Of a DNA stretch of 37,607 bases, positions 25,669-36,323 are shown one piece after another. The first letter of the stretch is position 1, and the number at the start of each line of letters is the position of its first letter. The notes below the pieces were generated by a model. The model was not told the origin of the DNA. It saw only the letters and a list, made by a program, of their open reading frames with translations, and searched no databases. The translations under genes were made by a program, and so were the position numbers. The DNA comes from a virus (Duplodnaviria > Heunggongvirae > Uroviricota > Caudoviricetes), in IMG/VR virus record IMGVR_UViG_2636415906_000005; one strand, written 5' to 3'.

Positions 25669-26207
25669 AAACGGGGGCCGAAGCCATCCGGGCGCTGGCC
25701 ATGCAGATCCCGGCGTTTCGTCAGAAGCTGAGCGACGGCTGGTATCAGGTACGCATTGCCGGGCGTGATACAGGTGAAACGGAATTATCAGCCCGTCTTA
25801 ATGAACCGCTGGCAAATGGTGCTGTGATCCATATCGTGCCGCGTCTGGCGGGAGCCAAAAGTGGCGGTGTGTTTCAGGCTGTGCTGGGGGCGGCTGTTAT
25901 GGCGGTTGCTATATGGATGCCGGGGGTAGGAATTATGGCGAGTAATCTGCTGTTTTCTCTCGGTGCCAGTATGACGCTTGGCGGTGTTGCACAGATGCTG
26001 GCCCCTAAACCCAAAACCCCCCGCACACAGACAACGGATAACGGCAAACAGAACACCTATTTTTCTTCACTGGATAACATGGTTGCCCAGGGCAATGTTC
26101 TGCCTGTTCTGTACGGTGAAATGCGCGTGGGGTCACGCGTGGTTTCTCAGGAGATCAGCACGGCAGACGAAGGGGATGGTGGTCAGGTTGTGGTGATTGG
26201 TCGCTGA
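25566..26207 (+). CDS. Tail assembly protein I (lambda gpI-like)
   Basis: 213-aa product with the C-terminal block TTDNGKQNTYFSSLDNMVAQGNVLPVLYGEMRVGSRVVSQEISTADEGDGGQVVVIGR, recognised as gpI; precedes J. Confidence 0.85.
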   Translation: MAATHTLPLASPGMARICLYGDLQRFGRRIDLRVKTGAEAIRALAMQIPAFRQKLSDGWYQVRIAGRDTGETELSARLNEPLANGAVIHIVPRLAGAKSGGVFQAVLGAAVMAVAIWMPGVGIMASNLLFSLGASMTLGGVAQMLAPKPKTPRTQTTDNGKQNTYFSSLDNMVAQGNVLPVLYGEMRVGSRVVSQEISTADEGDGGQVVVIGR

Positions 26208-26228
26208 TGCAAAATGTTTTATGTGAAA

Positions 26229-26247
26229 CCGCCTGCGGGCGGTTTTG
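26229..26247 (+). terminator. Hairpin plus T-run between I and J (weak terminator-like element)
   Basis: CCGCC-tgcg-GGCGG followed by TTTTG. Confidence 0.3.
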
Positions 26248-26267
26248 TCGTTTATGGAGCGTGAGGA

Positions 26268-29200
26268 ATGGGTAAAGGAAGCAGTAAGGGGCATACCCCG
26301 CGCGAAGCGAAGGACAACCTGAAGTCCACGCAGTTGCTGAGTGTGATTGATGCCATCAGTGAAGGGCCGATTGAAGGTCCGATGGATGGATTAAAAAGCG
26401 TGCTGCTGAACAGTACGCCGGTGCTGGACAGTGATGGGAATACCAACATCGCCGGTGTCACGGTGGTGTTCCGGGCTGGTGAGCAGGAGCAGACTCCGCC
26501 GGAGGGATTTGAATCCTCCGGCTCCGAGACGGTGTTGGGTACGGAAGTGAAATACGACACGCCGATCACCCGCGCCATCACGTCGGCAAACATCGACCGA
26601 CTGCGCTTTACCTTCGGTGTGCAGGCACTGGTGGAAACCACCTCAAAGGGGGACCGGAATCCGTCGGAAGTTCGCCTGCTGGTTCAGATACAGCGTAATG
26701 GTGGCTGGGTGACGGAAAAAGACATCACCATTAAGGGCAAAACCACCTCGCAGTATCTGGCCTCGGTGGTGGTGGATAACCTGCCGCCGCGCCCGTTTAA
26801 TATCCGGATGCGCAGAATGACGCCGGACAGCACCACAGACCAGCTGCAGAACAAAACGCTCTGGTCGTCATACACCGAAATCATCGATGTGAAACAGTGC
26901 TACCCGAACACGGCACTGGTCGGCGTGCAGGTGGACTCGGAACAGTTCGGCAGCCAGCAGGTGAGCCGTAATTATCATCTTCGCGGGCGCATTCTGCAGG
27001 TGCCGTCGAACTATAACCCGCAGACGCGGCAATACAGCGGTATCTGGGACGGAACGTTTAAGCCAGCATACAGCAACAACATGGCCTGGTGTCTGTGGGA
27101 TATGCTGACCCATCCGCGCTACGGCATGGGGAAGCGTCTCGGTGCGGCGGATGTGGACAAATGGGCGCTGTATGTCATCGGCCAGAATTGCGACCAGTCG
27201 GTGCCGGATGGCTTTGGTGGCACGGAGCCGCGCATCACCTGTAATGCCTACCTGACCACACAGCGCAAGGCGTGGGATGTTCTCAGTGATTTCTGCTCGG
27301 CGATGCGCTGTATGCCGGTATGGAACGGGCAGACGCTGACGTTCGTGCAGGACCGACCGTCGGATAAGGTGTGGACCTATAACCGCAGTAATGTGGTGAT
27401 GCCGGATGATGGCGCGCCGTTCCGCTACAGCTTCAGTGCCCTGAAGGACCGTCATAATGCCGTTGAGGTGAACTGGATTGACCCGGATAACGGCTGGGAG
27501 ACGGCGACAGAGCTTGTTGAAGATACGCAGGCCATTCTCCGTTACGGTCGTAACGTCACGAAGATGGATGCCTTTGGCTGTACCAGCCGGGGGCAGGCGC
27601 ACCGCGCCGGGCTGTGGCTGATTAAAACGGAACTACTGGAAACGCAGACCGTGGACTTCAGCGTGGGTGCGGAAGGGCTTCGCCATGTGCCGGGCGATGT
27701 CATTGAAATCTGCGATGATGACTATGCGGGGATCAGCACCGGCGGGCGCGTGCTGGCGGTGAACAGCCAGACCCGGACGCTGACGCTCGACCGTGAAATC
27801 ACGCTGCCATCCTCCGGTACCACGCTGATAAGCCTGGTTGACGGAAGTGGCAATCCGGTCAGCGTGGAGGTCCAGTCCGTCACCGACGGCGTGAAGGTAA
27901 AAGTGAGCCGTGTTCCTGACGGCGTTGCCGGATACAGCGTATGGGGGCTGAAGCTGCCGACGCTGCGCCAGCGCCTGTTCCGCTGCGTGAGTATCCGTGA
28001 GAACGACGACGGCACGTATGCCATCACCGCCGTGCAGCATGTACCGGAAAAAGAAGCCATCGTGGATAACGGGGCGCACTTTGACGGCGACCAGAGCGGC
28101 ACGGTGAATGGTGTCACGCCGCCAGCAGTGCAGCACCTGACTGCCGAAGTCACCGCAGACAGCGGGGAGTATCAGGTACTGGCCCGCTGGGACACGCCGA
28201 AGGTGGTGAAGGGCGTGAGTTTCATGCTTCGCCTGACCGTGGCAGCGGATGACGGCAGTGAGCGGCTGGTCAGCACGGCCCGGACGACGGAAACCACTTA
28301 CCGCTTCACACAACTGGCTCTGGGGAACTACAGGCTGACAGTCCGGGCAGTAAATGCGTGGGGGCAGCAGGGCGATCCGGCGTCGGTATCGTTCCGGATT
28401 GCCGCACCGGCAGCGCCGTCGCGGATTGAGCTGACGCCGGGCTATTTTCAGATAACCGCCACGCCGCATCTTGCGGTTTATGATCCGACGGTACAGTTTG
28501 AGTTCTGGTTCTCGGAAAAGCGGATTGCGGATATCAGGCAGGTTGAAACCACAGCACGCTATCTTGGCACGGCGCTGTACTGGATAGCCGCCAGTATCAA
28601 TATCAGGCCGGGCCATAATTATTATTTTTACGTTCGCAGTGTGAACACCGTTGGCAAATCGGCATTCGTGGAGGCTGTTGGTCAGCCGAGTGATGACGCA
28701 TCCGGCTATCTGGATTTTTTCAAAGGCGAGATAGGGAAAACCCATCTGGCTCAGGAGCTGTGGACGCAGATTGATAACGGTCAGCTTGCGCCTGACCTGG
28801 CTGAAATCAGGACATCCATTACGGATGTCAGCAATGAAATCACACAGACCGTCAATAAGAAACTGGAAGACCAGAGTGCAGCGATCCAGCAGATACAGAA
28901 GGTTCAGGTTGATACAAATAATAATCTGAACAGCATGTGGGCTGTGAAGCTGCAGCAGATGCAGGACGGACGCCTTTATATCGCGGGTATCGGTGCCGGT
29001 ATTGAGAACACCCCCGACGGCATGCAGAGTCAGGTGCTGCTGGCGGCAGACAGGATTGCGATGATTAATCCTGCAAATGGCAACACAAAACCGATGTTTG
29101 TTGGTCAGGGTGATCAGATATTCATGAATGAAGTGTTCCTGAAATATCTGACGGCTCCCACCATTACCAGCGGCGGTAATCCTCCTGCATTTTCCCTGAC

Positions 29201-29747
29201 ACCGGACGGAAAGCTGACCGCTAAAAATGCAGATATCAGTGGCAGTGTGAATGCGAACTCCGGGACGCTCAACAACGTTACGATAAATGAGAACTGTCAG
29301 ATTAAAGGGAAACTGTCAGCCAACCAGATTGAAGGCGATATTGTCAAAACAGTGGGTAAGGCTTTCCCGCGGGACTCCCGGGCACCGGAGCGGTGGCCAT
29401 CAGGGACCATTACCGTCAGGATTTATGACGATCAGCCGTTTGACCGGCAGATTGTTATTCCGGCGGTGGCATTCAGCGGTGCTAAACATGAGAGAGAGCA
29501 TACTGATATTTACTCCTCATGCCGCCTGATAGTGAAGAAAAATGGTGCTGAAATTTATAACCGTACCGCGCTGGATAATACGCTGATTTACAGTGGTGTT
29601 ATTGATATGCCTGCTGGTCACGGCCACATGACGCTGGAGTTTTCGGTGTCAGCATGGCTGGTAAATGACTGGTATCCCACAGCAAGTATCAGCGATTTGC
29701 TGGTTGTGGTGATGAAGAAAGCCACCGCAGGCATCAGTATCAGCTGA
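26268..29747 (+). CDS. Tail tip / host specificity protein J (central tail fiber)
   Basis: 1159-aa product starting [38 protein letters not shown], recognised as lambda J-like over most of its length; the C-terminal receptor-binding region differs from what I recall of lambda. Confidence 0.95.
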   Translation: MGKGSSKGHTPREAKDNLKSTQLLSVIDAISEGPIEGPMDGLKSVLLNSTPVLDSDGNTNIAGVTVVFRAGEQEQTPPEGFESSGSETVLGTEVKYDTPITRAITSANIDRLRFTFGVQALVETTSKGDRNPSEVRLLVQIQRNGGWVTEKDITIKGKTTSQYLASVVVDNLPPRPFNIRMRRMTPDSTTDQLQNKTLWSSYTEIIDVKQCYPNTALVGVQVDSEQFGSQQVSRNYHLRGRILQVPSNYNPQTRQYSGIWDGTFKPAYSNNMAWCLWDMLTHPRYGMGKRLGAADVDKWALYVIGQNCDQSVPDGFGGTEPRITCNAYLTTQRKAWDVLSDFCSAMRCMPVWNGQTLTFVQDRPSDKVWTYNRSNVVMPDDGAPFRYSFSALKDRHNAVEVNWIDPDNGWETATELVEDTQAILRYGRNVTKMDAFGCTSRGQAHRAGLWLIKTELLETQTVDFSVGAEGLRHVPGDVIEICDDDYAGISTGGRVLAVNSQTRTLTLDREITLPSSGTTLISLVDGSGNPVSVEVQSVTDGVKVKVSRVPDGVAGYSVWGLKLPTLRQRLFRCVSIRENDDGTYAITAVQHVPEKEAIVDNGAHFDGDQSGTVNGVTPPAVQHLTAEVTADSGEYQVLARWDTPKVVKGVSFMLRLTVAADDGSERLVSTARTTETTYRFTQLALGNYRLTVRAVNAWGQQGDPASVSFRIAAPAAPSRIELTPGYFQITATPHLAVYDPTVQFEFWFSEKRIADIRQVETTARYLGTALYWIAASINIRPGHNYYFYVRSVNTVGKSAFVEAVGQPSDDASGYLDFFKGEIGKTHLAQELWTQIDNGQLAPDLAEIRTSITDVSNEITQTVNKKLEDQSAAIQQIQKVQVDTNNNLNSMWAVKLQQMQDGRLYIAGIGAGIENTPDGMQSQVLLAADRIAMINPANGNTKPMFVGQGDQIFMNEVFLKYLTAPTITSGGNPPAFSLTPDGKLTAKNADISGSVNANSGTLNNVTINENCQIKGKLSANQIEGDIVKTVGKAFPRDSRAPERWPSGTITVRIYDDQPFDRQIVIPAVAFSGAKHEREHTDIYSSCRLIVKKNGAEIYNRTALDNTLIYSGVIDMPAGHGHMTLEFSVSAWLVNDWYPTASISDLLVVVMKKATAGISIS

Positions 29748-29766
29748 ATTTTATAACCCATATACG

Positions 29767-29790
29767 GGCGCCAGAAATGGCGCCTTTTTT
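29767..29790 (+). terminator. Rho-independent terminator after J
   Basis: GGCGCC-agaaat-GGCGCC hairpin followed by TTTTTT. Confidence 0.6.
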
Positions 29791-29814
29791 ATTGCAGAAA
29801 AGCGAGAGGTAATT

Positions 29815-30414
29815 ATGCGTAAAGTTTGTGCAGCCATTTTGTCCGCAGCCATCTGTCTGGCCGTATCCGGTGCGCCTGCATGGGCGTCTGAGCAGCAGGC
29901 CACACTGAGCGCAGGGTATCTTCATGCCCGTACGAACGCTCCCGGCAGCGATAATCTGAACGGGATTAACGTGAAATACCGTTATGAGTTTACGGACACG
30001 CTGGGGCTGATTACGTCATTCAGTTATGCCAACGCTGAAGATGAGCAAAAAACGCATTACAGCGATACCCGCTGGCATGAGGATTCCGTGCGTAATCGCT
30101 GGTTCAGCGTGATGGCGGGGCCGTCTGTGCGCGTGAATGAATGGTTCAGCGCGTATGCGATGGCGGGTATGGCTTACAGCCGTGTGTCGACTTTCTCCGG
30201 GGATTATATCCGCGTAACTGACAACAAGGGGAAAACGCACGATGTGCTGACCGGAAGTGATGACGGTCGCCACAGCAACACGTCTCTGGCGTGGGGAGCT
30301 GGCGTGCAGTTTAACCCGACCGAATCCGTGGCCGTTGATGTCGCTTATGAAGGCTCCGGCAGTGGTGACTGGCGCACTGACGGGTTCATCGTGGGTGTTG
30401 GTTATAAATTCTGA
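29815..30414 (+). CDS. lom: Lom outer membrane beta-barrel protein (Ail/Lom family)
   Basis: 199-aa product with signal peptide MRKVCAAILSAAICLAVSGAPAWA and a C-terminal beta-strand ending GVGYKF; the lambda lom position between J and stf. Confidence 0.9.
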   Translation: MRKVCAAILSAAICLAVSGAPAWASEQQATLSAGYLHARTNAPGSDNLNGINVKYRYEFTDTLGLITSFSYANAEDEQKTHYSDTRWHEDSVRNRWFSVMAGPSVRVNEWFSAYAMAGMAYSRVSTFSGDYIRVTDNKGKTHDVLTGSDDGRHSNTSLAWGAGVQFNPTESVAVDVAYEGSGSGDWRTDGFIVGVGYKF

Positions 30415-30441
30415 TTAGCCAGGTAACACAGTGTTATGACA

Positions 30442-30467
30442 GCCCGCCGGTTCAGGCGGGCTTTTTT
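30442..30467 (+). terminator. Rho-independent terminator after lom
   Basis: GCCCGCC-ggttca-GGCGGGC hairpin followed by TTTTTTG. Confidence 0.65.
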
Positions 30468-30472
30468 GTGGG

Positions 30473-33400
30473 GTGAATATGGCAGTAAAGATTTCAGGTG
30501 TACTGAAAGACGGCACAGGAAAACCGGTACAGAACTGCACAATCCAGCTGAAAGCAAAACGTAACAGTACCACGGTGGTGGTGAACACGCTGGCTTCAGA
30601 AAATCCGGATGAAGCCGGGCGTTACAGTATGGACGTTGAGTACGGTCAGTACAGCGTTATTCTGTTGGTGGAAGGATTCCCGCCGTCACATGCCGGGACC
30701 ATCACAGTGTATGAAGATTCCCGACCCGGTACGCTGAATGATTTTCTCGGTGCCATGACGGAGGATGATGCCCGTCCGGAGGCACTGCGCCGTTTTGAGC
30801 TGATGGTGGAAGAGGTGGCGCGTAACGCGTCCGTGGTGGCACAGAACACGGCAGCCGCAAAGAAGTCAGCCAGTGATGCCAGCACATCTGCCAGTGAGGC
30901 GGCAACCCGTGCGACTGATGCTGCAGGCTCAGCACGCGCAGCCAGCACGTCAGCCGGACAGGCCGCGTCGTCGGCTCAGTCAGCATCTTCCAGCGCAGGA
31001 ACGGCATCAACAAAGGCCACTGAAGCATCGAAAAGTGCTGCTGCTGCAGAGTCCTCAAAAAGCGCGGCAGCTACCAGTGCCAGTGCCGCGAAAACGTCAG
31101 AAACGAATGCTGCAGCGTCACAACAATCAGCAGCCACTTCTGCATCCACCGCGACCACGAAAGCGTCAGAAGCTGCCACCTCAGCCCGGGATGCGGCGGC
31201 TTCAAAAGAGGCGGCAAAATCATCAGAAACGAACGCATCCTCGAGCGCCAGTAGCGCAGCTTCCTCGGCAACGGCGACAGCAAATTCTGCGAAGGCGGCC
31301 AAAACGTCCGAGACGAACGCCAGGTCTTCTGAAACGGCAGCGGGACAGAGTGCCTCAGCTGCGGCAGGCTCAAAAACAGCGGCTGCGTCGTCTGCCAGCG
31401 CCGCGTCAACAAGTGCCGGGCAGGCCTCAGCCAGTGCCACCGCCGCCGGAAAATCGGCAGAAAGCGCCGCATCATCCGCTTCAACAGCCACAACGAAGGC
31501 TGGCGAAGCCACTGAGCAGGCCAGCGCAGCAGCGAGGTCAGCTTCCGCAGCGAAGACATCCGAAACGAACGCGAAAGCGTCGGAAACCCGTGCAGAATCC
31601 TCAAAAACGGCTGCTGCATCGTCCGCCAGTTCGGCGGCGTCATCGGCATCATCTGCGTCTGCTTCAAAAGATGAGGCGAGCAGACAGGCATCAGCAGCGA
31701 AAGGCAGCGCCACGACGGCATCCACGAAGGCGACAGAGGCAGCTGGCAGTGCGACGGCGGCAGCTCAGAGCAAAAGTACGGCGGAATCCGCGGCAACGCG
31801 CGCTGAGACAGCGGCAAAACGGGCAGAGGATATTGCATCCGCCGTGGCGCTTGAGGATGCGAGCACGACGAAAAAGGGGATAGTACAGCTCAGCAGTGCG
31901 ACCAACAGCACTTCCGAGTCACTGGCGGCAACGCCAAAAGCCGTTAAGGCCGCGTATGACCTGGCTAACGGGAAATACACCGCACAGGATGCAACGACAG
32001 CACAGAAAGGGATAATCCAGCTAAGCAGCGCGACCAACAGCACGTCTGAAACGCTGGCGGCAACGCCAAAGGCAGTAAAATCAGCCTATGACAATGCAGA
32101 GAAACGTCTGCAGAAAGACCAGAACGGCGCTGATATACCCGATAAGGGACGCTTCCTGAACAACATTAACGCGGTCAGTAAAACAGACTTTGCTGATAAG
32201 CGTGGTATGCGTTATGTGCGGGTTAACGCTCCTGCAGGTGCAACATCTGGAAAATATTACCCTGTTGTTGTTATGCGTTCTGCTGGCTCAGTAAGCGAAC
32301 TGGCATCAAGGGTCATTATCACCACGGCAACGCGAACCGCAGGAGATCCGATGAATAACTGCGAGTTTAACGGATTTGTTATGCCTGGTGGCTGGACTGA
32401 CAGGGGGCGTTATGCTTATGGAATGTTCTGGCAATATCAAAACAATGAACGAGCCATCCACTCAATAATGATGAGTAATAAGGGCGATGATTTGCGCTCT
32501 GTGTTCTATGTTGATGGCGCTGCTTTCCCTGTTTTTGCGTTTATCGAAGATGGCCTGTCAATATCCGCACCTGGTGCTGATCTCGTTGTTAATGATACGA
32601 CCTATAAGTTTGGGGCAACAAATCCAGCGACTGAATGTATCGCGGCGGACGTTATCCTTGATTTTAAGAGTGGGCGTGGTTTTTATGAGTCTCATTCGTT
32701 AATCGTTAACGATAACTTGTCGTGCAAAAAACTTTTTGCCACAGACGAAATTGTAGCGCGTGGTGGTAATCAGATTCGAATGATAGGTGGGGAGTATGGG
32801 GCATTATGGCGTAATGATGGCGCTAAAACTTACCTGCTGCTTACCAATCAAGGTGATGTTTATGGTGGATGGAATACATTAAGACCGTTTGCTATTGATA
32901 ACGCAACCGGCGAACTGGTTATTGGAACCAAGCTGTCTGCAAGTCTGAACGGTAACGCATTGACAGCAACAAAGCTGCAAACGCCAAGACTGGTTTCTGG
33001 GGTTGAGTTTGATGGTTCCAAAGATATTACTTTAACCGCCGCGCATGTGGCTGCTTTTGCCAGAAGGGCAACGGATACATATGCCGATGCGGATGGTGGC
33101 GTTCCCTGGAATGCCGAATCAGGCGCTTACAATGTCACCCGCTCTGGCGACAGCTATATTCTGGTTAACTTCTATACCGGAGTCGGAAGTTGCCGGACCT
33201 TGCAGATGAAGGCGCATTACAGAAATGGTGGTCTGTTCTACCGTTCTTCAAGAGACGGTTATGGTTTTGAGGAAGACTGGGCAGAAGTTTATACCTCGAA
33301 AAATCTTCCACCAGAAAGCTACCCAGTCGGCGCACCAATCCCGTGGCCATCAGATACCGTTCCGTCTGGTTATGCCCTGATGCAGGGGCAGACTTTTGAC

Positions 33401-34009
33401 AAATCTGCTTACCCGAAACTTGCGGCCGCTTATCCGTCAGGCGTGATCCCTGATATGCGTGGCTGGACGATTAAGGGCAAGCCCGCCAGTGGTCGTGCCG
33501 TATTGTCTCAGGAACAGGACGGCATTAAATCGCACACCCACAGCGCCAGCGTATCCAGTACGGATTTGGGTACGAAAACCACATCATCGTTTGATTACGG
33601 CACTAAATCCACGAATAACACTGGTGCGCATACTCATAGTTTAAGTGGCAGCACGAATGCAGCTGGTAATCACAGCCATAGAGATGGCCGTCGATTTAAC
33701 CCCAGTGTTTTTAAAGATACTTATCAATATGGTTATACAAGCTCAGGTCAAAATACCTGGGGTGTACAAGGTTCAGTAGGTATGTCTACGGGGTGGTTAG
33801 CTAATACCAGTACAGATGGTAATCATAGCCACTCACTGTCCGGCACAGCAGCATCTGCAGGTGCACACGCGCATACTGTCGGTATTGGTGCTCATACGCA
33901 CTCCGTTGCGATTGGTTCACATGGACACACCATCACCGTTAACGCTGCTGGTAATGCGGAAAACACCGTCAAAAACATCGCATTTAACTATATTGTGAGG
34001 CTTGCATAA
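30473..34009 (+). CDS. stf: Side tail fiber protein (Stf-like) with long Ala/Ser-rich repeat shaft and His-rich C-terminal domain
   Basis: 1178-aa product; N-terminus [30 protein letters not shown] is tail-fiber-like; a low-complexity A/S/T/K/E shaft with recurring AAKTSETNA motifs; C-terminal GAHTHS/NHSHS repeats typical of lambda/T4 gp37-type fiber tips. Confidence 0.9.
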   Translation: MNMAVKISGVLKDGTGKPVQNCTIQLKAKRNSTTVVVNTLASENPDEAGRYSMDVEYGQYSVILLVEGFPPSHAGTITVYEDSRPGTLNDFLGAMTEDDARPEALRRFELMVEEVARNASVVAQNTAAAKKSASDASTSASEAATRATDAAGSARAASTSAGQAASSAQSASSSAGTASTKATEASKSAAAAESSKSAAATSASAAKTSETNAAASQQSAATSASTATTKASEAATSARDAAASKEAAKSSETNASSSASSAASSATATANSAKAAKTSETNARSSETAAGQSASAAAGSKTAAASSASAASTSAGQASASATAAGKSAESAASSASTATTKAGEATEQASAAARSASAAKTSETNAKASETRAESSKTAAASSASSAASSASSASASKDEASRQASAAKGSATTASTKATEAAGSATAAAQSKSTAESAATRAETAAKRAEDIASAVALEDASTTKKGIVQLSSATNSTSESLAATPKAVKAAYDLANGKYTAQDATTAQKGIIQLSSATNSTSETLAATPKAVKSAYDNAEKRLQKDQNGADIPDKGRFLNNINAVSKTDFADKRGMRYVRVNAPAGATSGKYYPVVVMRSAGSVSELASRVIITTATRTAGDPMNNCEFNGFVMPGGWTDRGRYAYGMFWQYQNNERAIHSIMMSNKGDDLRSVFYVDGAAFPVFAFIEDGLSISAPGADLVVNDTTYKFGATNPATECIAADVILDFKSGRGFYESHSLIVNDNLSCKKLFATDEIVARGGNQIRMIGGEYGALWRNDGAKTYLLLTNQGDVYGGWNTLRPFAIDNATGELVIGTKLSASLNGNALTATKLQTPRLVSGVEFDGSKDITLTAAHVAAFARRATDTYADADGGVPWNAESGAYNVTRSGDSYILVNFYTGVGSCRTLQMKAHYRNGGLFYRSSRDGYGFEEDWAEVYTSKNLPPESYPVGAPIPWPSDTVPSGYALMQGQTFDKSAYPKLAAAYPSGVIPDMRGWTIKGKPASGRAVLSQEQDGIKSHTHSASVSSTDLGTKTTSSFDYGTKSTNNTGAHTHSLSGSTNAAGNHSHRDGRRFNPSVFKDTYQYGYTSSGQNTWGVQGSVGMSTGWLANTSTDGNHSHSLSGTAASAGAHAHTVGIGAHTHSVAIGSHGHTITVNAAGNAENTVKNIAFNYIVRLA
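30830..31890 (+). repeat. Degenerate tandem coding repeats (Ala/Ser-rich, recurring AAKTSETNA / SETNA(K/R)SSE units) within stf
   Basis: Repeated motif visible in the translation and the DNA; explains the several long artefactual ORFs in other frames and on the minus strand of this interval. Confidence 0.6.
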
Positions 34010-34590
34010 TGGCATTCAGAATGAGTGAACAACCACGGACCATAAAAATTTATAATCTGCTGGTCGGAACTAATGAATTTATTGGTGAAGGTGACGCATA
34101 TATTCCGCCTCATACAGGTCTGCCAGCAAACAGTACCGATATTGCACCACCAGATATTCCTGCTGGCTTTGTGGCTGTTTTCAACAGTGATGAGGCATCG
34201 TGGCATCTCGTTGAAGACCATCGGGGTAAAACGGTTTATGACGTGGCTTCCGGCGACGCGTTATTTATTTCTGAACTCGGCTCATTACCGGAAAATGTCA
34301 CCTGGTTATCCCCGGAAGGGGAGTTTCAGAAGTGGAACGGCACAGCCTGGGTGAAAGATGCAGAAGCAGAAAAACTATTCCGGATCCGGGAGGCGGAAGA
34401 AACAAAAAACAGCCTGATGCAGGCAGCGAATGAGCATATTGCGCCACTTCAGGATGCTGTAGATCTGGAAATCGCAACGGAGGAAGAAAACTCGTTGCTG
34501 GAAGCCTGGAAAAAGTATCGGGTGTTGCTGAACCGTGTTAATACAACAACTGCACCGGATATTGAATGGCCAGTAGCACCTATAGGGTAA
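34009..34590 (+). CDS. tfa: Tail fiber assembly protein (Tfa)
   Basis: 193-aa product; start overlaps the stf stop; C-terminal motif [31 protein letters not shown] is characteristic of Tfa chaperones. Confidence 0.85.
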   Translation: MAFRMSEQPRTIKIYNLLVGTNEFIGEGDAYIPPHTGLPANSTDIAPPDIPAGFVAVFNSDEASWHLVEDHRGKTVYDVASGDALFISELGSLPENVTWLSPEGEFQKWNGTAWVKDAEAEKLFRIREAEETKNSLMQAANEHIAPLQDAVDLEIATEEENSLLEAWKKYRVLLNRVNTTTAPDIEWPVAPIG

Positions 34591-35180
34591 ATTCGTAATG
34601 ATTACCTAAATACGTTATTCTTTTGTTCAAAAAGTGATTTTGCTATAGGTAGGGAGTATGTTCTTGGATTAAGAATAAAAAATCGCCATGAAAGAGCTTC
34701 ATGGCGAGTACATAAACGTACAAAATGTGATGAAAGTAGAGTGGCGTAAGCCACTATATTAAGATATGACAATAGCGAACAAAAGTAAATAACATTTTAT
34801 GGACGTTTAATTGTTAATTATAAAAACTAGAGTGCCCGATATTGTTTATCTTGCTTTAAAATAATGTACTCAAACCAAATTTTTGAGCTAAAAGCTCAAA
34901 TAATATAAATGCAATGATAATGTTTAATAAGACAATTAGCTTGCTTTGTATTTTCATTTCGGAATACTGTTAAGTAACTTTGATGACCCTAACAATAGAT
35001 CGGAATTTTCTTAGAGTCAATGGTCACTGTTTTTGTTTGCAAAGCAAATGTTTTGGTGGTTATAAGTTTTCCTAATATAGTCACCTATGCAACTTGTTCC
35101 GTGTGGAGATTAAAGGTTAAAATTTAATGCGAAGATGGAATTATAATATATTTTTTTATAATTAATTTAACCTTAACATC

Positions 35181-35277
35181 GTTGCTGGCGGCATGGAAGA
35201 AATATCGGGTCTTACTGATATCGTGTTGGCACTTCCTTAGTGCGGTTATCGAATGGCCAGCTGTACCTGTGGGGTAA
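35181..35277 (+). pseudogene. Remnant of an alternative tfa 3' end (degenerate duplicate)
   Basis: DNA about 70% similar by eye to tfa 34495-34590; reads ..[20 protein letters not shown] with an internal stop. Confidence 0.5.
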
Positions 35278-35949
35278 AAACTTTATATGGATGCTATTTT
35301 TATAATAGCTGGTAAAAACTGGCCGAACTGAAATTCACTGTTGATAAAAAAGATGTGTTTGAGTGTATGTCATTGTTTTCTTAATGGAATCCACTAGAAT
35401 GCAGCGAATTTAAGAAGGTGGGTTTTTATTGGAATATAAACTACAATAATGCTCAACTCGTTCGTAGAATTGTTTTTTCTTATTTCTTGGAATGCTAACC
35501 ATTATATGCATTATGGGGGCGATACTTCCTGATAATTTACATGATGCATACATTGAAGCAATAAATTCAATATCATTGTCATCAAAGTTAAAGCTTTCTC
35601 CGTCCATTTCAATTCCTTATGTGTTTGGCACAACTGATGCTGTATCCCATGAGAATTTATGCAAGTTGTTATGTTTGATTTGATATTGCAATGATAATTG
35701 TAGCTAATTGTTTTCAATTGAGTGAAAGTTTATTTCGAGTGATTAAGTCGAAAAAAAAGATTTCTCACGGTTAGTAAGCATATTAGGTCAGTATTCAGAT
35801 ATGAATGGTATTAATGACTAAATTTTCAATCATATATGGATTTTTATGCTGATGAAGATGTTTTATTTGGCGATTCGTCAAGCATCTTCACTTAAGTAAT
35901 CGTATATTTTAAGAGTGCAAAAGAGAAAGGGACAACGTTGCTCGCACTC

Positions 35950-36035
35950 TGGATTAAATATAGGGTGTTGTTAAACTGCGTTGATACATAATTGTACCGG
36001 ATATTGAGTGGTCTGAAGTCCCAGTCATTAAGTAA
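35950..36035 (+). pseudogene. Second degenerate tfa 3'-end remnant
   Basis: CTGGATTAAATATAGGGTGTTGTTAAACTGCGTTGATACATAATTGTACCGGATATTGAGTGG resembles the tfa C-terminal coding sequence; the motif CTTAAGTAATCG also recurs near 35890. Confidence 0.45.
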
Positions 36036-36323
36036 TCGTTTCGTGATATGCCGCAGAAACGTTGTATGCAATAACGTTCTGCGGTTGGCTGATGCACTTT
36101 CGAGAGTGTATTGAATAATTTCAAGCCGTTATTGTTTTTACGCGTAACACCATGAAAAGACTGCTTATCTGTTGGGGTGTTTTTTGGGGCATATATGGGA
36201 CAGAAATAGGCCACAGATAGATAGTAAGATCGAACTCAGGATGCTTTTGAAAAAATGTAACTATCTGAAAAAACCTAGAAAGCGCCAAGGAAACCACAGA
36301 ATGAGAAAAAACATCTGTGAATT

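Larger units (their letters stand above)
1..36323. mobile_element. Lambdoid (Qin/DicB-type) prophage, defective: integrase at left edge, tail fiber genes and tfa remnants at right, inserted in ydfJ
   Basis: Contiguous phage gene order int-xis-exo-dicB/dicF-dicA-dicC-replication-Q-lysis-terminase-portal-I-J-lom-stf-tfa read from the ORF track; host MFS gene fragment begins about 36324. Left boundary (attL) lies beyond the window start; right boundary is approximate. Confidence 0.85.

Noticed and set aside
26868-28745. Long minus-strand ORFs (244 aa, 370 aa, 143 aa) inside gene J
   Set aside because: They are antisense to a highly confident, lambda-like J coding sequence; their translations are Arg/His/Pro-rich and look like typical GC-rich antisense artefacts.
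30646-32043. Several long ORFs in alternative frames and on the minus strand within stf (for example 30873-31883 plus, 30976-31725 minus, 31071-31838 minus)
   Set aside because: They arise from the low-complexity Ala/Ser repeat region of stf; their translations are poly-Arg/Pro/Gln or poly-Ala/Asp low complexity, not independent genes.
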